Shown here in pieces: positions 1 to 13,985 of a stretch of DNA of 64,000 bases (its first letter is position 1; every line of letters begins with the position of its first letter). Below the pieces are notes generated by a model that had not been told where the DNA came from, searched no databases, and saw nothing but the letters and a program-made list of their open reading frames with translations. This stretch comes from Eledone cirrhosa (taxonomy: Eukaryota), in assembly GCA_964016885.1 (NCBI GenBank), contig OZ024761.1:12834001-12898000 (forward strand), written 5' to 3'. The position numbers and the translations under genes are program-made.

Positions 1-135
1 TATATATATATTTATATATTTATATATATATTTATATATTTATATATATATATATTTCGTTTCTGAATTTGTTTAGCAACATGACCCTCCCAAAGTATAA
101 CAATATATATATATATTTATATATATGTATAAATA

Positions 136-167
<32 letters not shown>

Positions 168-186
168 TATATGTATATTTATATAA

Positions 187-300
187 GGGCTTATGCCCGA
201 AACGTCGTCCCACACCTACCCCCCACTCTCCTGAGCTTGAATTTAATAAACATTTATCGTACTGCCTCTCTGTTCTGTCCCTGTTCAATTTTTCATTATA
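187..300 (+). mobile_element. Penelope-like element 3' terminus fragment with partial minimal hammerhead
   Basis: GGGC-TTAT-GCCC-GAAACGTC (stem II + GAAA + GUC), then AATAAA; flanked by (TA)n; the CUGANGA half is missing. Confidence 0.55.
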
Positions 301-382
301 TATATATATATATATTTATATATATGTATAAATATATATATATATTTATATATATGTATAAATATATATATATGTATATATT

Positions 383-417
<35 letters not shown>

Positions 418-627
418 GTATAAATATATATATATCATCATCATCATCGTTTAATGTCCATCTTCCACGCTAGCATGGGTTTGGACGGGAATTTTCTCAC
501 TTGAGGCAAGATTGGTTGTCCTGCTCGTATAGGACTGTCTGGCAGGTTTTGGGCCATAACTCTATGCTGCAAACGACCCTCTACCGATACTGCCAATCCA
601 CCACCCTTTGCTTACAATAATAATAAT

Positions 628-1880
628 AATGAAATTATTGTGTACAGTGCTCAGGTGCACTACAACTCGTCAAAGGTGCATCTATAGTACATAGAATGAT
701 GTACAAATGTCAGGAAAATGAACAGTGCACGAGTCATGAAATACATATGTGCGTGTGTATGGAGGTGAGACATCAGGTGTAGTGTTGGCGAATTTAAGGA
801 AGCATGGAGGTTTTAATGGTTTTAATCGACAGCTAACAACTGATGCAGGTAGTTTGTTCCATGGAGGTTTTAAAGGATGCAGTGTCTCGACAGCTAACTA
901 CTGATGCAGGTAGTTTGTTCCATGGAGGTTTTAAAGGATGCAGTGTCTCGACAGCTAACAACTGATGCAGGTAGTTTGTTCCATTGAGGTTTTAATGGAT
1001 GCAGTGTCTCGACAGCTAACTACTGATGCAGGTAGTTTGTTCCATGGAGGTTTTAAAGGATGCAGTGTCTCGACAGCTAACAACTGATGCAGGTAGTTTG
1101 TTCCATTGAGGTTTTAATGGATGCAGTGTCTCGACAGCTAACTACTGATGCAGGTAGTTTGTTCCATGGAGGTTTTAATGGATGCAGTGTCTCGACAGTT
1201 AACAACTGATGCAGGTAGTTTGTTACATGGAGGTTTTAATGGATGCAGTGTCTCGACAGCTAACAACTGATGCAGGTAGTTTGTTCCATGGAGGTTTTAA
1301 AGGATGCAGTGTCTCGACAGCTGACAACTGATGCAGGTAGTTTGTTCCATGGAGGTTTTAAAGGATGCAGTGTCTCGACAGCTAACAACTGATGCAGGTA
1401 GTTTGTTCCATCGAGGTTTTAAAGGATGCAGTGTCTCGACAGCTAACAACTGATGCAGGTAGTTTGTTCCATGGAGGTTTTAAAGGATGCAGTGTCTCGA
1501 CAGCTGACAACTGATGCAGGTAGTTTGTTCCATGGAGGTTTTAAAGGATGCAGTGTCTCGACAGCTAACAACTGATGCAGGTAGTTTGTTCCATCGAGGT
1601 TTTAAAGGATGCAGTGTCTCGACAGCTAACAACTGATGCAGGTAGTTTGTTCCATGGAGGTTTTAAAGGATGCAGTGTCTCGACAGCTGACAACTGATGC
1701 AGGTAGTTTGTTCCATGGAGGTTTTAATGGATGCAGTGTCTCGACAGCTAACAACTGATGCAGGTAGTTTCTTCCATGCTTCAGCAACTCTGAGCGTGAA
1801 AAAATGTTTCCGAAAGTCATGGGAGCTGTGCTGTTTTCTGACTTTGTAGGCATGCCCACTTGTGTTAGACACATGAAAGA
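628..1880 (-). mobile_element. CR1-like LINE 3' end containing a 61-bp minisatellite
   Basis: Minus strand reads GHAYKVRKQHSSHDFRKHFFTLRVAEAWKKLPASVVSCRDTAS, the CR1-type ORF2 C-terminus; (ATT)n tail. Confidence 0.8.
803..1777. repeat. 61-bp minisatellite, about 16 copies (CR1-derived)
   Basis: Unit CATGGAGGTTTTAAAGGATGCAGTGTCTCGACAGCTAACAACTGATGCAGGTAGTTTGTTC. Confidence 0.97.
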
Positions 1881-2099
1881 TGGAGAGAGTGGGAGAGACA
1901 GATGTAGTGACTGGGAATTTGGTTCTTTTGAGTTCAGACCTGGTATATATATATATGGGTATATATATATATATGGGTATATATATATATATGGGTATAT
2001 AAGTCGGGATAAATACAGTAAGACCAATATGTAGTCCACCAAATTCTGGGAAAATGTGGGTTTGGAATTTTTCATAGTTGATCTTGTTTCATAACCGAC

Positions 2100-3548
2100 T
2101 GGTTGCAGTGGTGTTGGTAGTGGTGTTGGTAGTAACAGTGTTGGATGTAGTGGTGGTGGTGTTGGTGGCAGTCTCGGTGTTAAATGTAGTGGTGGTGGTG
2201 GTGGTGTTGGCTGTAGTGGTGGTGTTGGAGGTAGTGATGGTGGTGGCTGTAGTGGTGGTGTTGGTGGTGGTGGTGTTGGTAGTAACAGTGTTAAATGTAG
2301 TGGTGGTGGTGTTGGTGGCAGTCACAGTGTTAAATGTAGTGGTGGTGGTGGTGGTCGCTGTAGTGGTGGTGGTGGTGTTGGCTGTAGTGGTGGTGTTGGA
2401 GGTAGTGGTGGTGGTGTTGGTGGCAGTCTCAGTGTTAAATGTAGTGGTGGTGGTGGTGGTCGCTGTAGTGGTGGTGTTGGAGGTAGTGGTGGTGGTGTTG
2501 GTGGCAGTCACAGTGTTAAATGTAGTGACTGTAGTGGTGGTGGTGGTGGTGGCTGTAGTGGTGGTGTTGGAGGTAGTAGTGTTGGTGTTGATGGTGGCAG
2601 TGTTAGATGTAATAGTGGTGGTGGTGTTAGATGTAGTGGCTGTAGTGGTGGCAGTTACAGTGTTGGTGGTGGTGTTGGTGGTAGTGGTGGTGGTGGTGGC
2701 TGTAGTGGTGGTGTTGGATGTAGTGGTGGCTGTGGTGGTGTAGGTGGTTGATGTAACAGTGTTGGATATAGTGGTGGTGGTGGTAGTGCTAGGTGTAGTA
2801 GTGGTGGTGGTAGTGCTAGGTGTAGTAGTGGTGGTGGTAGTGCTAGGTGTAGTAGTGGTAGTGGTGGTAGTGCTAGGTGTGGTAGTGGTAGTGCTAGGTG
2901 TAGTAGTGGTGGTGGTGGTAGTGCTAGGTGTAGTAGTGGTGGTGGTGGTAGTGCTAGGTGTAGTAGTGGTAGTGGTGGTAGTGCTAGGTGTAGTAGTGGT
3001 AGTGGTGGTAGTGCTAGGTGTAGTAGTGGTAGTGGTGGTAGTGCTAGGTGTAGTAGTGGTGGTGGTAGTGCTAGGTGTGGTAGTGGTAGTGCTAGGTGTA
3101 GTAGTGGTGGTGGTGGTAGTGCTAGGTGTAGTAGTGGTGGTGATGGTAGTGCTAGGTGTAGTAGTGGTAGTGGTGGTAGTGCTAGGTGTGGTGGTGGTGG
3201 TGGTAGTGCTAGGTGTAGTAGTGGTAGTGGTGGTAGTGCTAGGTGTGGTGGTGGTGGTAGTGGTGGTGTTGAAGATATAAGTAATTCTTTGTTAGTCATT
3301 CTCTTCTTTAATTCCTTCTTTGCCAAACTGCCCCCCCCCCACTCTTTATACTTTCTCTCTGTATTCATGTGTGTGGGTTTGTAACTGTATATGTGTGTGT
3401 GTATGGTTCTGTGTGTGCGTTTGTAACTGTGTGTGTTTGTAACTGTGTGTGGTTGTAACTGTGTGGTTGTGTGTGTATGTGCATGTGTGTATTCATGTGT
3501 GTATGGTTCTGTGTGTGTGTTTGTAACTGTGTATGCGTATGGTTCTGT

Positions 3549-3592
<44 letters not shown>

Positions 3593-4175
3593 ACAGATGG
3601 TTATTTGAAAAGAATTAGTGTTTGTTTCCAATGCAGGTTGGATTGGAATTAAGTGGTGGCCATGTTGGTGGTTGGATGGTTGTGTGGTGGTGGTGGTGGT
3701 TGGATGGTGGTGTTGGTGGTGGTGTTGGTGGTTGGATGGTTGTGTGGTGGTGGTTGGATGGTTGTGTGGTGGTGGTGGTGGTGGTGGTGGTTGGATGGTG
3801 GTGTTGGTGTTGGTGGTTGTGTGGTGGTGGTGTTGGTGGTTGGATGGTTGTGTGGTGGTGGTGGTGGTTGGATGGTGGTGTTGGTGGTTGGATGGTTGTG
3901 TGGTGGTGTTGGTGGTTGGATGGTTGTGTGGTGGTGGTGTTGGTGGTTGGATGGTTGTGTGGTGGTGGTGGTGGTGGTGGTGGTGTTGGTGTTGGTGTTG
4001 GTGTTGGTGGTTGTGTGGTGGTGGTGGTGGTGTTGGTGTGGTGCTGGAGGTGGTGGTGTTGGGGTGGTGGTGGTGGTTGGATGGTGGTGTGGTGTTGTTG
4101 GTGGTGTGGTGGTTGGATGGTGGTGTGTTGTTGTTGGTGGTGTGGTGGTGGTGGTTGTGTTGTGGTGGTGTTGTG
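2100..4175. repeat. (GTG/GTA)n low-complexity tracts with a ~30-bp sub-repeat and an intervening (GT)n tract
   Basis: Poly-Val/Thr/His/Pro ORFs in several frames; sub-unit GTGCTAGGTGTAGTAGTGGTAGTGGTGGTA at about 2785-3260. Confidence 0.9.
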
Positions 4176-4346
4176 AGCCAACAAAGTCAACTCTGCACTT
4201 CATCTTTTGGGCAGGAGTGGGTGTCTAATAAAGTGAATGGGGTGGGCTCTTAAAACACCAGAACTTGTGTTGTTTCTTTTGGTTCTCTACATTCTGTGTT
4301 TCAAATCCCTCCAAATAATCAGTGACACAATTCTCAGGAGCTGACA

Positions 4347-4946
4347 GTATCAGCAATGGAAAGACCAATGGAAACATTGTTTCCTTGGTCTGATCTGATG
4401 ATCAGCTCCTTTCTTCTGCCAGGTGTCATGACAGACAGATAGTATCAGTAATGGAAAGACCAATGGAAACATTGTTTCCTTGGTCTGATCTGATGATCAG
4501 CTCCTTTCTTCTGCCAGGTGTCATGACAGACAGATAGTATCAGCAATGGAAAGACCAATGGAAACATTGTTTCCTTGGTCTGATCTGATGATCAGCTCCT
4601 TTCTTCTGCCAGGTGTCATGACAGACAGATAGTATCAGCAATGGAAAGACCAATGGAAACATTGTTTCCTTGGTCTGATCTGATGATCAGCTCCTTTCTT
4701 CTGCCAGGAGTTGTGACAGACAGATAGTATCGGCAATGGAAAGACCAATGGAAACATTGTTTCCTTGGTCTGATCTGATGATCAGCTCCTTTCTTCTGCC
4801 AGGTGTCATGACAGACAGATAGTATCAGCAATGGAAAGACCAATGGAGACATTGTTTCCTTGGTCTGATCTGATGATCAGCTCCTTTCTTCTGCCAGGAA
4901 TTGTGACAGACAGATAGTATCAGTAATGGAAAGACCAATAGAAACA
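4347..4946. repeat. 95-bp minisatellite, about 6 copies, derived from a dispersed SINE-associated sequence
   Basis: Period 95 (4347, 4442, 4537...). Core GGAAAGACCAATGGAAACATTGTTTC also occurs singly at about 41000 (-), 41925 (-) and 46790 (+). Confidence 0.92.
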
Positions 4947-5249
4947 TCACTGAGTATCATTGTGAGTGTGTGTGTGTTTGCATGTATATGTGTGTGTATG
5001 TTTGAGGGAGAGAGAGAGAAAGAGAGGATATAAATATTCTTTCAAGAATTCGACTTTCCCCCTCCCCCCAAATTGCTGGCCCTGTGCCTAAAGTAGAAAC
5101 AATCATTATTATGTAAAATATATTTATAGATATCTACTGTCACTTAAACATAAGGCAGGTTATTTACATAAAAGTTTAGCTTAATATGTCTCTAAATCTC
5201 TCTCTCTCTCTCTCCCCCTCTCTCTCTTTCTCTCTCTCTCTCTGTCTAT

Positions 5250-5290
<41 letters not shown>

Positions 5291-5462
5291 TATATACACA
5301 CACACATATATATATATACACACACACATATATATATATACACACACACACATATATATATACACACACACATATATATATACACACACACATATATATA
5401 TACACACACACACATATATATACACACACACATATATATATACACACACACACATACACACA

Positions 5463-5602
<140 letters not shown>

Positions 5603-5613
5603 CACACACACAT

Positions 5614-5642
<29 letters not shown>

Positions 5643-5644
<2 letters not shown>

Positions 5645-5812
5645 ACGGAAGAAATGTGGTAAGGAACCAGGTGGACCATAACGCACCAAAGTACTCAATA
5701 CTTAGGGTAGTAGAGTGGGTAATAGGAACGAGTAGGACCCCGACGGCTGAGCTCAAGCCGTTTTGACGGCTAATTCTGTCCAGAATTAGCCGTTGGGGGT
5801 CCTACTCATTCC

Positions 5813-5815
<3 letters not shown>
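5643..5815 (-). mobile_element. Penelope-like terminus, family A, fold-back, in (TA)n
   Basis: Same 3' end (TTATGGTCCACCTGGTTCCTTACCACA) as 34942-35137 and about 44700-44740; inverted arms 5722-5815. Confidence 0.65.
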
Positions 5816-5853
<38 letters not shown>

Positions 5854-5994
5854 ATTTGTGTGTGTGTATATAGATGCGTATATATAAATAAAGATTATTG
5901 TTTTTATTATTAGTAGTAGTGTTGTTGAGTAGACCCTCTTTGAATACCTGCTGAGAGAGAGACAGTGGGGATTTAATGAGATGTAAGTTCAGCT

Positions 5995-7434
5995 TTAACC
6001 CTTTAGCATTTACATTACTCTATATATACTATTGTATTTTCACAGTAAAGGCTTTACCTCACATAATATCTCACATAACATTTACATTACTCTATATATA
6101 CTATTGTATTTTCACAGTAAAGGCTTTACCTCACATAATATCTCACATAACATTTACATTACTCTATATATACTATTGTATTTTCATGGTAAAGGCTTTA
6201 CCTCACATAATATCTCACATAACATTTACATTACTCTATATATACTATTGTATTTTCATGGTAAAGGCTTTACCTCACATAATATCTCACATAACATTTA
6301 CATTACTCTATATATACTATTGTATTTTCACAGTAAAGGCTTTACCTCACATAATATCTCACATAACATTTACATTACTCTATATATACTATTGTATTTT
6401 CATGGTAAAGGCTTTACCTCACATAATATCTCACATAACATTTACATTACTCTATATATACTATTGTATTTTCACAGTAAAGGCTTTACCTCACATAATA
6501 TCTCACATAACATTTACATTACTCTATATCTACTATTGTATTGTCACAGTAAAGGCTTTACCTCACATAATATCTCACATAACATTTACATTACTCTATA
6601 TATACTATTGTATTTTCACAGTAAAGGCTTTACCTCACATAATATCTCACATAACATTTACATTACTCTATATCTACTATTGTATTTTCACAGTAAAGGT
6701 TTTACCTCACATAATATCTCACATAACATTTACATTATTCTATATATACTATTGTATTTTCACAGTAAAGACTTTACCTCACATAATATCTCACATATCA
6801 TTTACATTACTCTATATATACTATTGTATTTTCACAGTAAAGACTTTATCTCACATAATATCTCACATAACATTTACATTACTCTATATATACTATTGTA
6901 TTTTCACAGTAAAGGTTTTACCTCACATAATATCTCACATAACATTTACATTACTCTATATATACTATTGTATTTTCACAGTAAAGGTTTTACCTCACAT
7001 AATATCTCACATAACATTTACATTACTCTATATATACTATTGTATTTTCACAGTAAAGACTTTATCTCACATAATATCTCGCATAACATTTACATTACAC
7101 TATATATACTATTGTATTTTCACAGTAAAGATTTTACCTCACATAATATTCACATTACACTATATATACTATTGTATTTTTACAGTAAAGGCTTTACCTC
7201 ACACAATATCTCACATAACATTTACATTACTCTATATATACTATTGTATTTTCATGGTAAATGCTTTATCTCACATAATTATCTCATTTAATATCGAATC
7301 TATGAGATTTTGAAAGTATTTATTTTGAGAACAATACCTTAACATCAGTTTGAGTGACCAGTTACAGCCAGTTTCAACAGAAAAAGGTAGAGAATTCTGG
7401 CCGGTTTTGGCCGGTTTGAACATTAAAGGGTTAA
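5995..7434. mobile_element. piggyBac-like MITE (TTAA-CCCTTTA...TAAAGGG-TTAA) expanded by an internal 72-bp tandem array (about 17 copies)
   Basis: TTAA at both ends with CCCTTTA TIRs; 24-aa periodicity in the artefact ORF; unexpanded 227-bp copy at 30085-30311. Confidence 0.85.
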
Positions 7435-7691
7435 GGGATGTGTGGGCACCGACTATAAATATTGCAGAAAGGCTTTCACAACACTACAAAACTGGGAGCC
7501 TATATAGCTGGGTCAGTTCTGCACCCTCATCTGCCACCCTTTCCTCAGCTTCTGCTGTTAGGGCTCTTTTTCAGCTGAGTAAACCCTGGAGCAATGTGAA
7601 ATGAAGGGTATTGCTCAAGAACACAACACACCACCACCTTATGTAGGAATTGAGCCTACAACATTACAATTGAAAACCAAATATGCTAACC

Positions 7692-8275
7692 TAGTGGTTC
7701 CCAAAGTGGGTTGTGTGGAACCCGAGGGTTTCACAATTGAGTGTCTGCGGTTCTGTGGAAAAAAGTAGAGGAGTATGTTTATATTACGACCATATAAGGC
7801 GCATGGCTTAGTGGTTAGAGCATTGGGCTTGCAATTGAAAGGTTGTGAGTTCAATTCTCAGACTGGATGATGTGCTGTTTCCTTGAGCAAGACACTTCAT
7901 TTCACATTGCTCCAGTTTACTCAGCTGTAGAAATGAGATGATAGGACTGGGGTCCCCTATCATTAAATCACCAAAGACACCTCCAACGAGATATACCTTG
8001 GAGGAGGCCAGCTAAACTGGCATAGGTGTCAGCTGTCACACACACACACATAGGTGTGAGCTGTCACACACATATAAGTGTGTCAGACTTTCGGGTTCTC
8101 CCAAAAGTTTTTGAACCAAAAAGGGTTCTGCAAAGGAGTGGCTGGTATTCTGTGAAAGAAGGTAGAGGAGTATGTTTATATTATGACCATATAAGTGTGA
8201 TAGACTTTGGGCTTCCCCTAAAAGTTTCTGAACCCCAAAAAGGGTTCTGCATTTGAAAAAGTTTGGGAAACTCAA
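7692..8275. mobile_element. hAT-like MITE remnant with a nested tRNA-derived SINE (about 7797-8030, +)
   Basis: TAGTGGTTCCCAAA...TTTGGGAAAC ends; SINE has A-box TGGCTTAGTGG, B-box-like GAGTTCAATTC and CCTTGAGCAAGACACTT core; internal duplications. Confidence 0.55.
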
Positions 8276-8460
8276 TACTGTAACCACTAGATTGTGTCAC
8301 CCTCCCCCCTCTAACTGGTTTCTTTGGAATTTAACCCTTTAGCATTTACATTACTCTCTATATATACTATTGTATATGAGAGAGAGAGAGAGTTATATAT
8401 ATATATATATTAATAAAAATAATGAATAAAAACAAAGAAACAGTTCCTTATATTAAAAAA

Positions 8461-8599
8461 TTCATAATTTTACGATCGTTTCTAGGATATATATGTGTGT
8501 GTTGGTATGTATATCATATAGATCTATGTAAAATTTTTACAAACTATCAGAGGGAATATACATACCTACACATATATATGCTGTCTTCAGAAATAATAA
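8461..8599 (-). ncRNA. Putative type I hammerhead ribozyme with long stem II (Penelope-like terminus)
   Basis: Minus strand: attt-CTGAAGA-cag...atatatatgtgt/acacatatatat...cta-GAAA-CGATCG-TA-aaat; palindromic stem III, GUA cleavage triplet. Confidence 0.55.
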
Positions 8600-8771
8600 T
8601 AATTTCTTTGTTTTTATTCATTATTTTTATTAATTTATCTTGACTCTGTTTTCGTTTGTTTTTCATTGAAAACATTTTGAATACATCTTCTCTTTTTATG
8701 ATATTTGGATTACATTGAGTTCTTCATACGAATTGGACACTACCGTATATTTTGGTAGATTTATCTACATA

Positions 8772-8813
<42 letters not shown>

Positions 8814-9147
8814 GTTGAGAAGGCAACACACCAGAGAGAGATATATAGTGCGTTATCAATAATACAGGGAAAAAACCACCAGTGTATGGAATCTATAACC
8901 TATGAAAGGCAGACTATAGACACGATAATTAAAAATATAAATTAAAGCGTAAATAAATACCTTTATAACTATATAACACACGTACAAATCCAAAGATATG
9001 TTTCACCAGAAAATTTGTTGAAAGAAATGGTCTAGTCTCGGTTCATCAGCGTATACATAGTATATTTTAAAGGGCTCAGGATCTCTTCCCCTTTGAGCAC
9101 ATTATTTACAGGGAATAACGACGGCCTATGCCTCCGTTAATTTATCG

Positions 9148-9187
<40 letters not shown>

Positions 9188-9294
9188 TATTTTCCGTTGT
9201 GTTGTAATATAAATATTACACACAGTAGATTATCAGCTCACGTAGAGTTTGCTCGACGGTTCCAGTTGTAGTTCCAAAAGTAATCCGGAGAAAA

Positions 9295-9930
9295 ATAGAA
9301 AGATTTGAATGGATACAGTTTAGTTGAAAGGAATTTATTGACACGTGTTTCTATAACAGTTACATAACCTAAAACAGCTGCTATCTACAAACTTTTAGTT
9401 ATGCAGACATTCAATATTTCAATGTTATTATTTACTGTCATTTCATCAGAAAGTTTACCCTAAAATGGGAGAAATTAGCTAAAACCCAAAGCTTTTCCAG
9501 GAGCCAAAATTTCTGCAAATTGTGTAATCTTGAGATTTATTACATAATCACACACAAGAAGAAACTGCTGAATAACAAAATTGAACGAACATTATTCTGC
9601 CGTCACAGAACTAAAACCCTTTTTTCCCACTACAAGCCGAATATTACATAAAAGAGGGACATCCCCCAACTATATAAACCTTAATCTAGTTAGAAAAATA
9701 TAAAAACAATCTCTTCTCAACATATATTAATAACCTTAAATTACCATACTAATAATGGAAAGATATGCTGATGAGAATAGGTGCAAATATGCGATAATGA
9801 ATGTGTCTAAAAACGTCCATAAGTATGTATATATATGTGAAAATGTATATAAATAAGTAAATATATATATATGTTTGATGTGTATAGTTAGATGTAAGTG
9901 TATTCATGTATTAAAGTGTTATATATATAT

Positions 9931-9975
<45 letters not shown>

Positions 9976-10664
9976 ATATGTGTATATAGATGTGTATGTA
10001 TGTATATGTGTGTACACATGGACTAGAGTATGTATGTATATATGTGTGTGTCTATACGTGTGTATATAAAGATAAGTTGAGTATGAAAATGTATACACAT
10101 GAGCGCGTATGTATGTACATGAATACATGTGTGTATATATGTAAGTATGAATATGTGAATTGTGAGTATATGTATTTTGTAGAGGTGTGCAAATATATTT
10201 GTGTGTGAATGCGTGGGTGAAAGGATACGTACACTTGAAAGAAAAATTTAAGTCTGAATGTTAATTAAGTGCAAACACAAAACCAACCACGCATATCTTT
10301 ACTATCTCTAATCCTTCTATAGATTTAGAAAAATAACCAATAATATATTCTATAAAAAATGTCAAAACAACAGATGGGAATCTAATTACTCACTGCCACC
10401 AAGAATTCTCACTGCTATCGAAAAACCACTCCTTCAACTATTCTTCTAACAACTTCACCCCTCCCTCCTAATATTCTCTATAAAAACTAAATAGGTCCTC
10501 AGTAATATTATTCTGATGAAATGACAGTAAATAATAACATTGAAATATTGAATGTCTGCATAACTAAAAGTTTGTAGATAGCTGTTTTAGGTTATGTAAC
10601 TGTTATAGAAACACGTGTCAATAAATTCCTTTCAACTAAACTGTATCCATTCAAATCTTTCTAT
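9295..10664 (+). mobile_element. 5'-truncated Penelope-like retroelement with inverted pLTR
   Basis: About 155-bp inverted repeat (9295-9451 / 10511-10664) containing CTGATGA-aatg..catt-GAAA; encloses an ORF C-terminus; 3' end abuts (TA)n. Confidence 0.8.
9451..9651 (+). pseudogene. Penelope-like ORF C-terminus (end of GIY-YIG endonuclease region)
   Basis: KFTLKWEKLAKTQSFSRSQNFCKLCNLEIYYIITHKKKLLNNKIERTLFCRHRTKTLFSHYKPNIT*; W...CxLCxxE...LLN...E...CRH pattern typical of PLE endonuclease ends. Confidence 0.75.
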
Positions 10665-10744
10665 ATATATATATATATATATATATAGTTGATAAATGAA
10701 ACAAACAAAATACAGGAGGCGATTTTTACAGTTATATGTATATA

Positions 10745-10845
10745 AGGACTTCTGTATGAAACGTCGAAACCTCCACCATTTCCGTCAAGCTCGGTGGAAG
10801 TGGAGGAGGTTTCGATGTTTCGGACAGAAGTCCTTCTTCAAGAAA
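10745..10845 (-). mobile_element. Fold-back Penelope-like terminus with degenerate minimal hammerhead
   Basis: Minus strand tttc-TTGAAGA-a-GGAC-ttct-GTCC-GAAAC(a/g)TC-gaaa; inverted arm has GAAACGTC. Confidence 0.6.
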
Positions 10846-11044
10846 GTTTGGAGGAGAGAGAGAGAAAGTTGTATATATATATATTTATATATATATATAT
10901 ATACATATATATACTTACATTATGGTGTGTGTGTGTGTGTGTGTGTGTGAAATATAAAAGAAATACACAGATGTTTGTGTGTATATTTTCTTTCTGTATT
11001 ATTATTGACTTAACTGGAATAGACAGCTGTTTGTCTGTTTCAAC

Positions 11045-11115
<71 letters not shown>

Positions 11116-11208
11116 TCCTTTCTCTCTCTCCTCTCTCTATATGTGTATATATGTGTGTATATATATATCATCATCATTTTACGTCCGCTTTTCTCTGCTT
11201 GCAAGATG

Positions 11209-11239
<31 letters not shown>

Positions 11240-12489
11240 GTACATATACATATACATGTATATGTATATGTATATATACATATTGATCAGATATTGATTA
11301 ATTCATATCCTTCTCGTTACTGTGAGGTCACCAGTCACATGGTGCCCTCCAAAGAGTTCCCCCAAATCTGCTTTTAGACGTAAACCCTTTTGATACTGAC
11401 CTCACTTGTCTGACACCTTCCTTGTTTCATGAGACAGAATCTATCGCAGTTTGAAATGTTCATTATTTTACTTACAAAATGTTTTGTTTTGGCCAGTCTG
11501 GAGCCTAGATTAGAAAGGAGGGGAAGGTTTGTTGAGGGACTAGCAACCTATCCTTGTGAAACAGTTACCACTACTAAAATGTTTGGCCAGTCTGGAGCCT
11601 AGATTAGAAAGGAGGGGAAGGTTTGTTGAGGGACCAGAAACCTCTTGTGAAATGGTTACCCCTACTAAAATGTAAGAACTGTCTAGTGGATCACAACTGA
11701 GCTGGGGCTGCACAACAACAAGATGATACATTATGCTATGTAGTCCTAGATACACTGTGGTCTGATCTGATGAATCAGGAATATATATATAATGTATAAT
11801 AGATAAATAAATAAAAGTAGTCCTGCTATTTGACCCCTGAATATTCTGCTTTGGATGACACACCAAGACCTCTTTTTGACACACACACACACACACACAC
11901 ATGCATGCACACAAATTCACACACACACTCACACATATATACACACATAAACACATACACACACTCACATAACTACACACACACACACACACACTCACAT
12001 ACATACACACACATACATTCTTACACACACAAACACATACGCACATACATTCATATACATAAAAACACACACCTATACATTCACACACACACATACTCAC
12101 AACTACACACACACAATAAGAGTGCCCCAAAGCCTGACCTTGGTTTAAACATCTGACTCATTAGTATGTCTCTAGTTTTCTTAAGAGGTCACAATTAATA
12201 TTTTCTATCACACACACACACACACACACTCATGTATACACACACACACACACATACACACACACACATGTATATATATACACACACACACATGCATGCA
12301 TGCACACACATACATACATGAACATACACACATGCATACACATCTTCACACATACATATGCGCACACACACACACATACATACGTACATGCATATACATG
12401 CATACATGCACGCACACACACATACACACATACACACACATACATACACACATGCACATACACACGTGTTGATTAGATGTCATTGTGAA

Positions 12490-12672
12490 TTGACAGTATC
12501 GGTAGAGGGCTGGACGCCATGCTTTGCAGCATAGAGTTACGGCCCTTTATGGTCTGAGTTCAAATCCCGCCGAGGTTAACTTTGCCTTTCATCCTTACAG
12601 GATCGATGAAATAAAGTACCAGTAATGCACTGGGGTAATTGCTGGCCTTGTGCCAAAAGTAGAAACAATTAA
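12490..12672 (+). mobile_element. tRNA-derived SINE (MetaSINE/Sauria-like central domain)
   Basis: CAGTATCGGTAGAG...GAGTTCAAATCCC...AACTTTGCCTTTCATCC...GATGAAATAAAGTACCAG...GCTGGCCTTGTGCC; many copies in the window. Confidence 0.85.
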
Positions 12673-12744
12673 GACTAGTTGGTCAAGCTTGCACTAAATG
12701 TAAAAAAAAAAGCCTTCAACAAGAATAGTTTGTTTATAAGATCA

Positions 12745-13110
12745 TCGTGATCTCTTAATTCGGAGAAATAGCAGCTCTCCCTGGAGTGACACTCTGATCT
12801 CTGAGCTATAAATCTGTCCAGTGATTCTTTCCTGAGACATTCTAACCACATGTCCATAGTATTGGAGCTGTGATCTCTCAATTCGGAGAAGTAACAGCTC
12901 TATCTGGAGTGACTCTCTGATCTCTGAGCTATAAATCTGTCCAGTGATTCTTTCCTGAGACATTCTAACCACATGTCTATAGTATCGGAGCTGTGATCTC
13001 TCAATTCGGAGAAGTAGCAGCTCTACCTGGAGTGACTCTCTGATCTCTGAGCTATATATCTGTCCAGTGATTCTTTCCTGAGACATTCTAACCACATGTC
13101 TATAGTATCA
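12745..13110 (-). mobile_element. RTE-type LINE fragment as a 123-bp tandem triplicate
   Basis: 41-aa repeat SSEIRESLQVELLLLRIERSQLRYYGHVVRM resembles the RTE ORF C-terminal region; period 123. Confidence 0.8.
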
Positions 13111-13353
13111 TGTAACCACATGTGGCTCCCAAGAAAACTCCCACAACCCAGTGACGTAGCTATGACGAGGCAAGTAAAGTTTACCCCTAAATAAGCCCAG
13201 TCTTCACAGGTTTGACGAAGGTTCAATACTAATTAATGAATAAATTAGAATGTTTACCTCTTGCTCTGTTAGGTACATCTGCACTACTTTGATGTTAGGA
13301 TTGAATTTGGTAAAAACTAAGAAGTTAATGACCACAGATAGCATAGATAGGTG

Positions 13354-13396
<43 letters not shown>

Positions 13397-13695
13397 TAGC
13401 GTATCACACACGCGCACACACACACAAATTTATATATATGTATGTGTGTATATATATATATATGTATGTGTGTATATATATATGTGTATGTGTGTATATA
13501 TATATGTGTATGTGTGTATATATATATATGTATGTGTGTATATGTATGTGTGTGTATATGTATATGTGTGTATATATATATATGTATGTGTGTGTATATG
13601 TATATGTATGTATATATATATATGTATGTATATATATATTTATATGTGTGTATATATGTATATATAACTATCTAGGGCGGGTAAAATTCAATGTG

Positions 13696-13741
<46 letters not shown>

Positions 13742-13761
13742 TGTATGTATGTATGTATGTA

Positions 13762-13794
<33 letters not shown>

Positions 13795-13795
13795 A

Positions 13796-13826
<31 letters not shown>

Positions 13827-13835
13827 ATATGTGTA

Positions 13836-13866
<31 letters not shown>

Positions 13867-13901
13867 ATATGTGTGTGTGTGTGTGTGTGTATATGTGTAT
13901 G

Positions 13902-13934
<33 letters not shown>

Positions 13935-13945
13935 ATATGTGTATA

Positions 13946-13985
<40 letters not shown>

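Noticed and set aside
2078-4253. Mucin-, extensin- or His-rich-looking ORFs
   Set aside because: Open in several frames on both strands over (GGT)n repeats; no splice or homology support. The same applies to 36686-38223 and the (CA)n ORFs.
5976-7313. 445-aa and 419-aa ORFs
   Set aside because: Stop-free reading of a 72-bp tandem repeat inside a MITE.
7797-7870. tRNA gene
   Set aside because: A and B boxes are present but there is no full cloverleaf, and it continues into a multi-copy SINE body; the same holds for other SINE heads.
8520-8555. SECIS element in the hammerhead stem II loop (Naiad-type PLEs carry SECIS)
   Set aside because: UGA...AAA...GA pattern is present, but the helix is only about 5 bp, far shorter than SECIS helix II.
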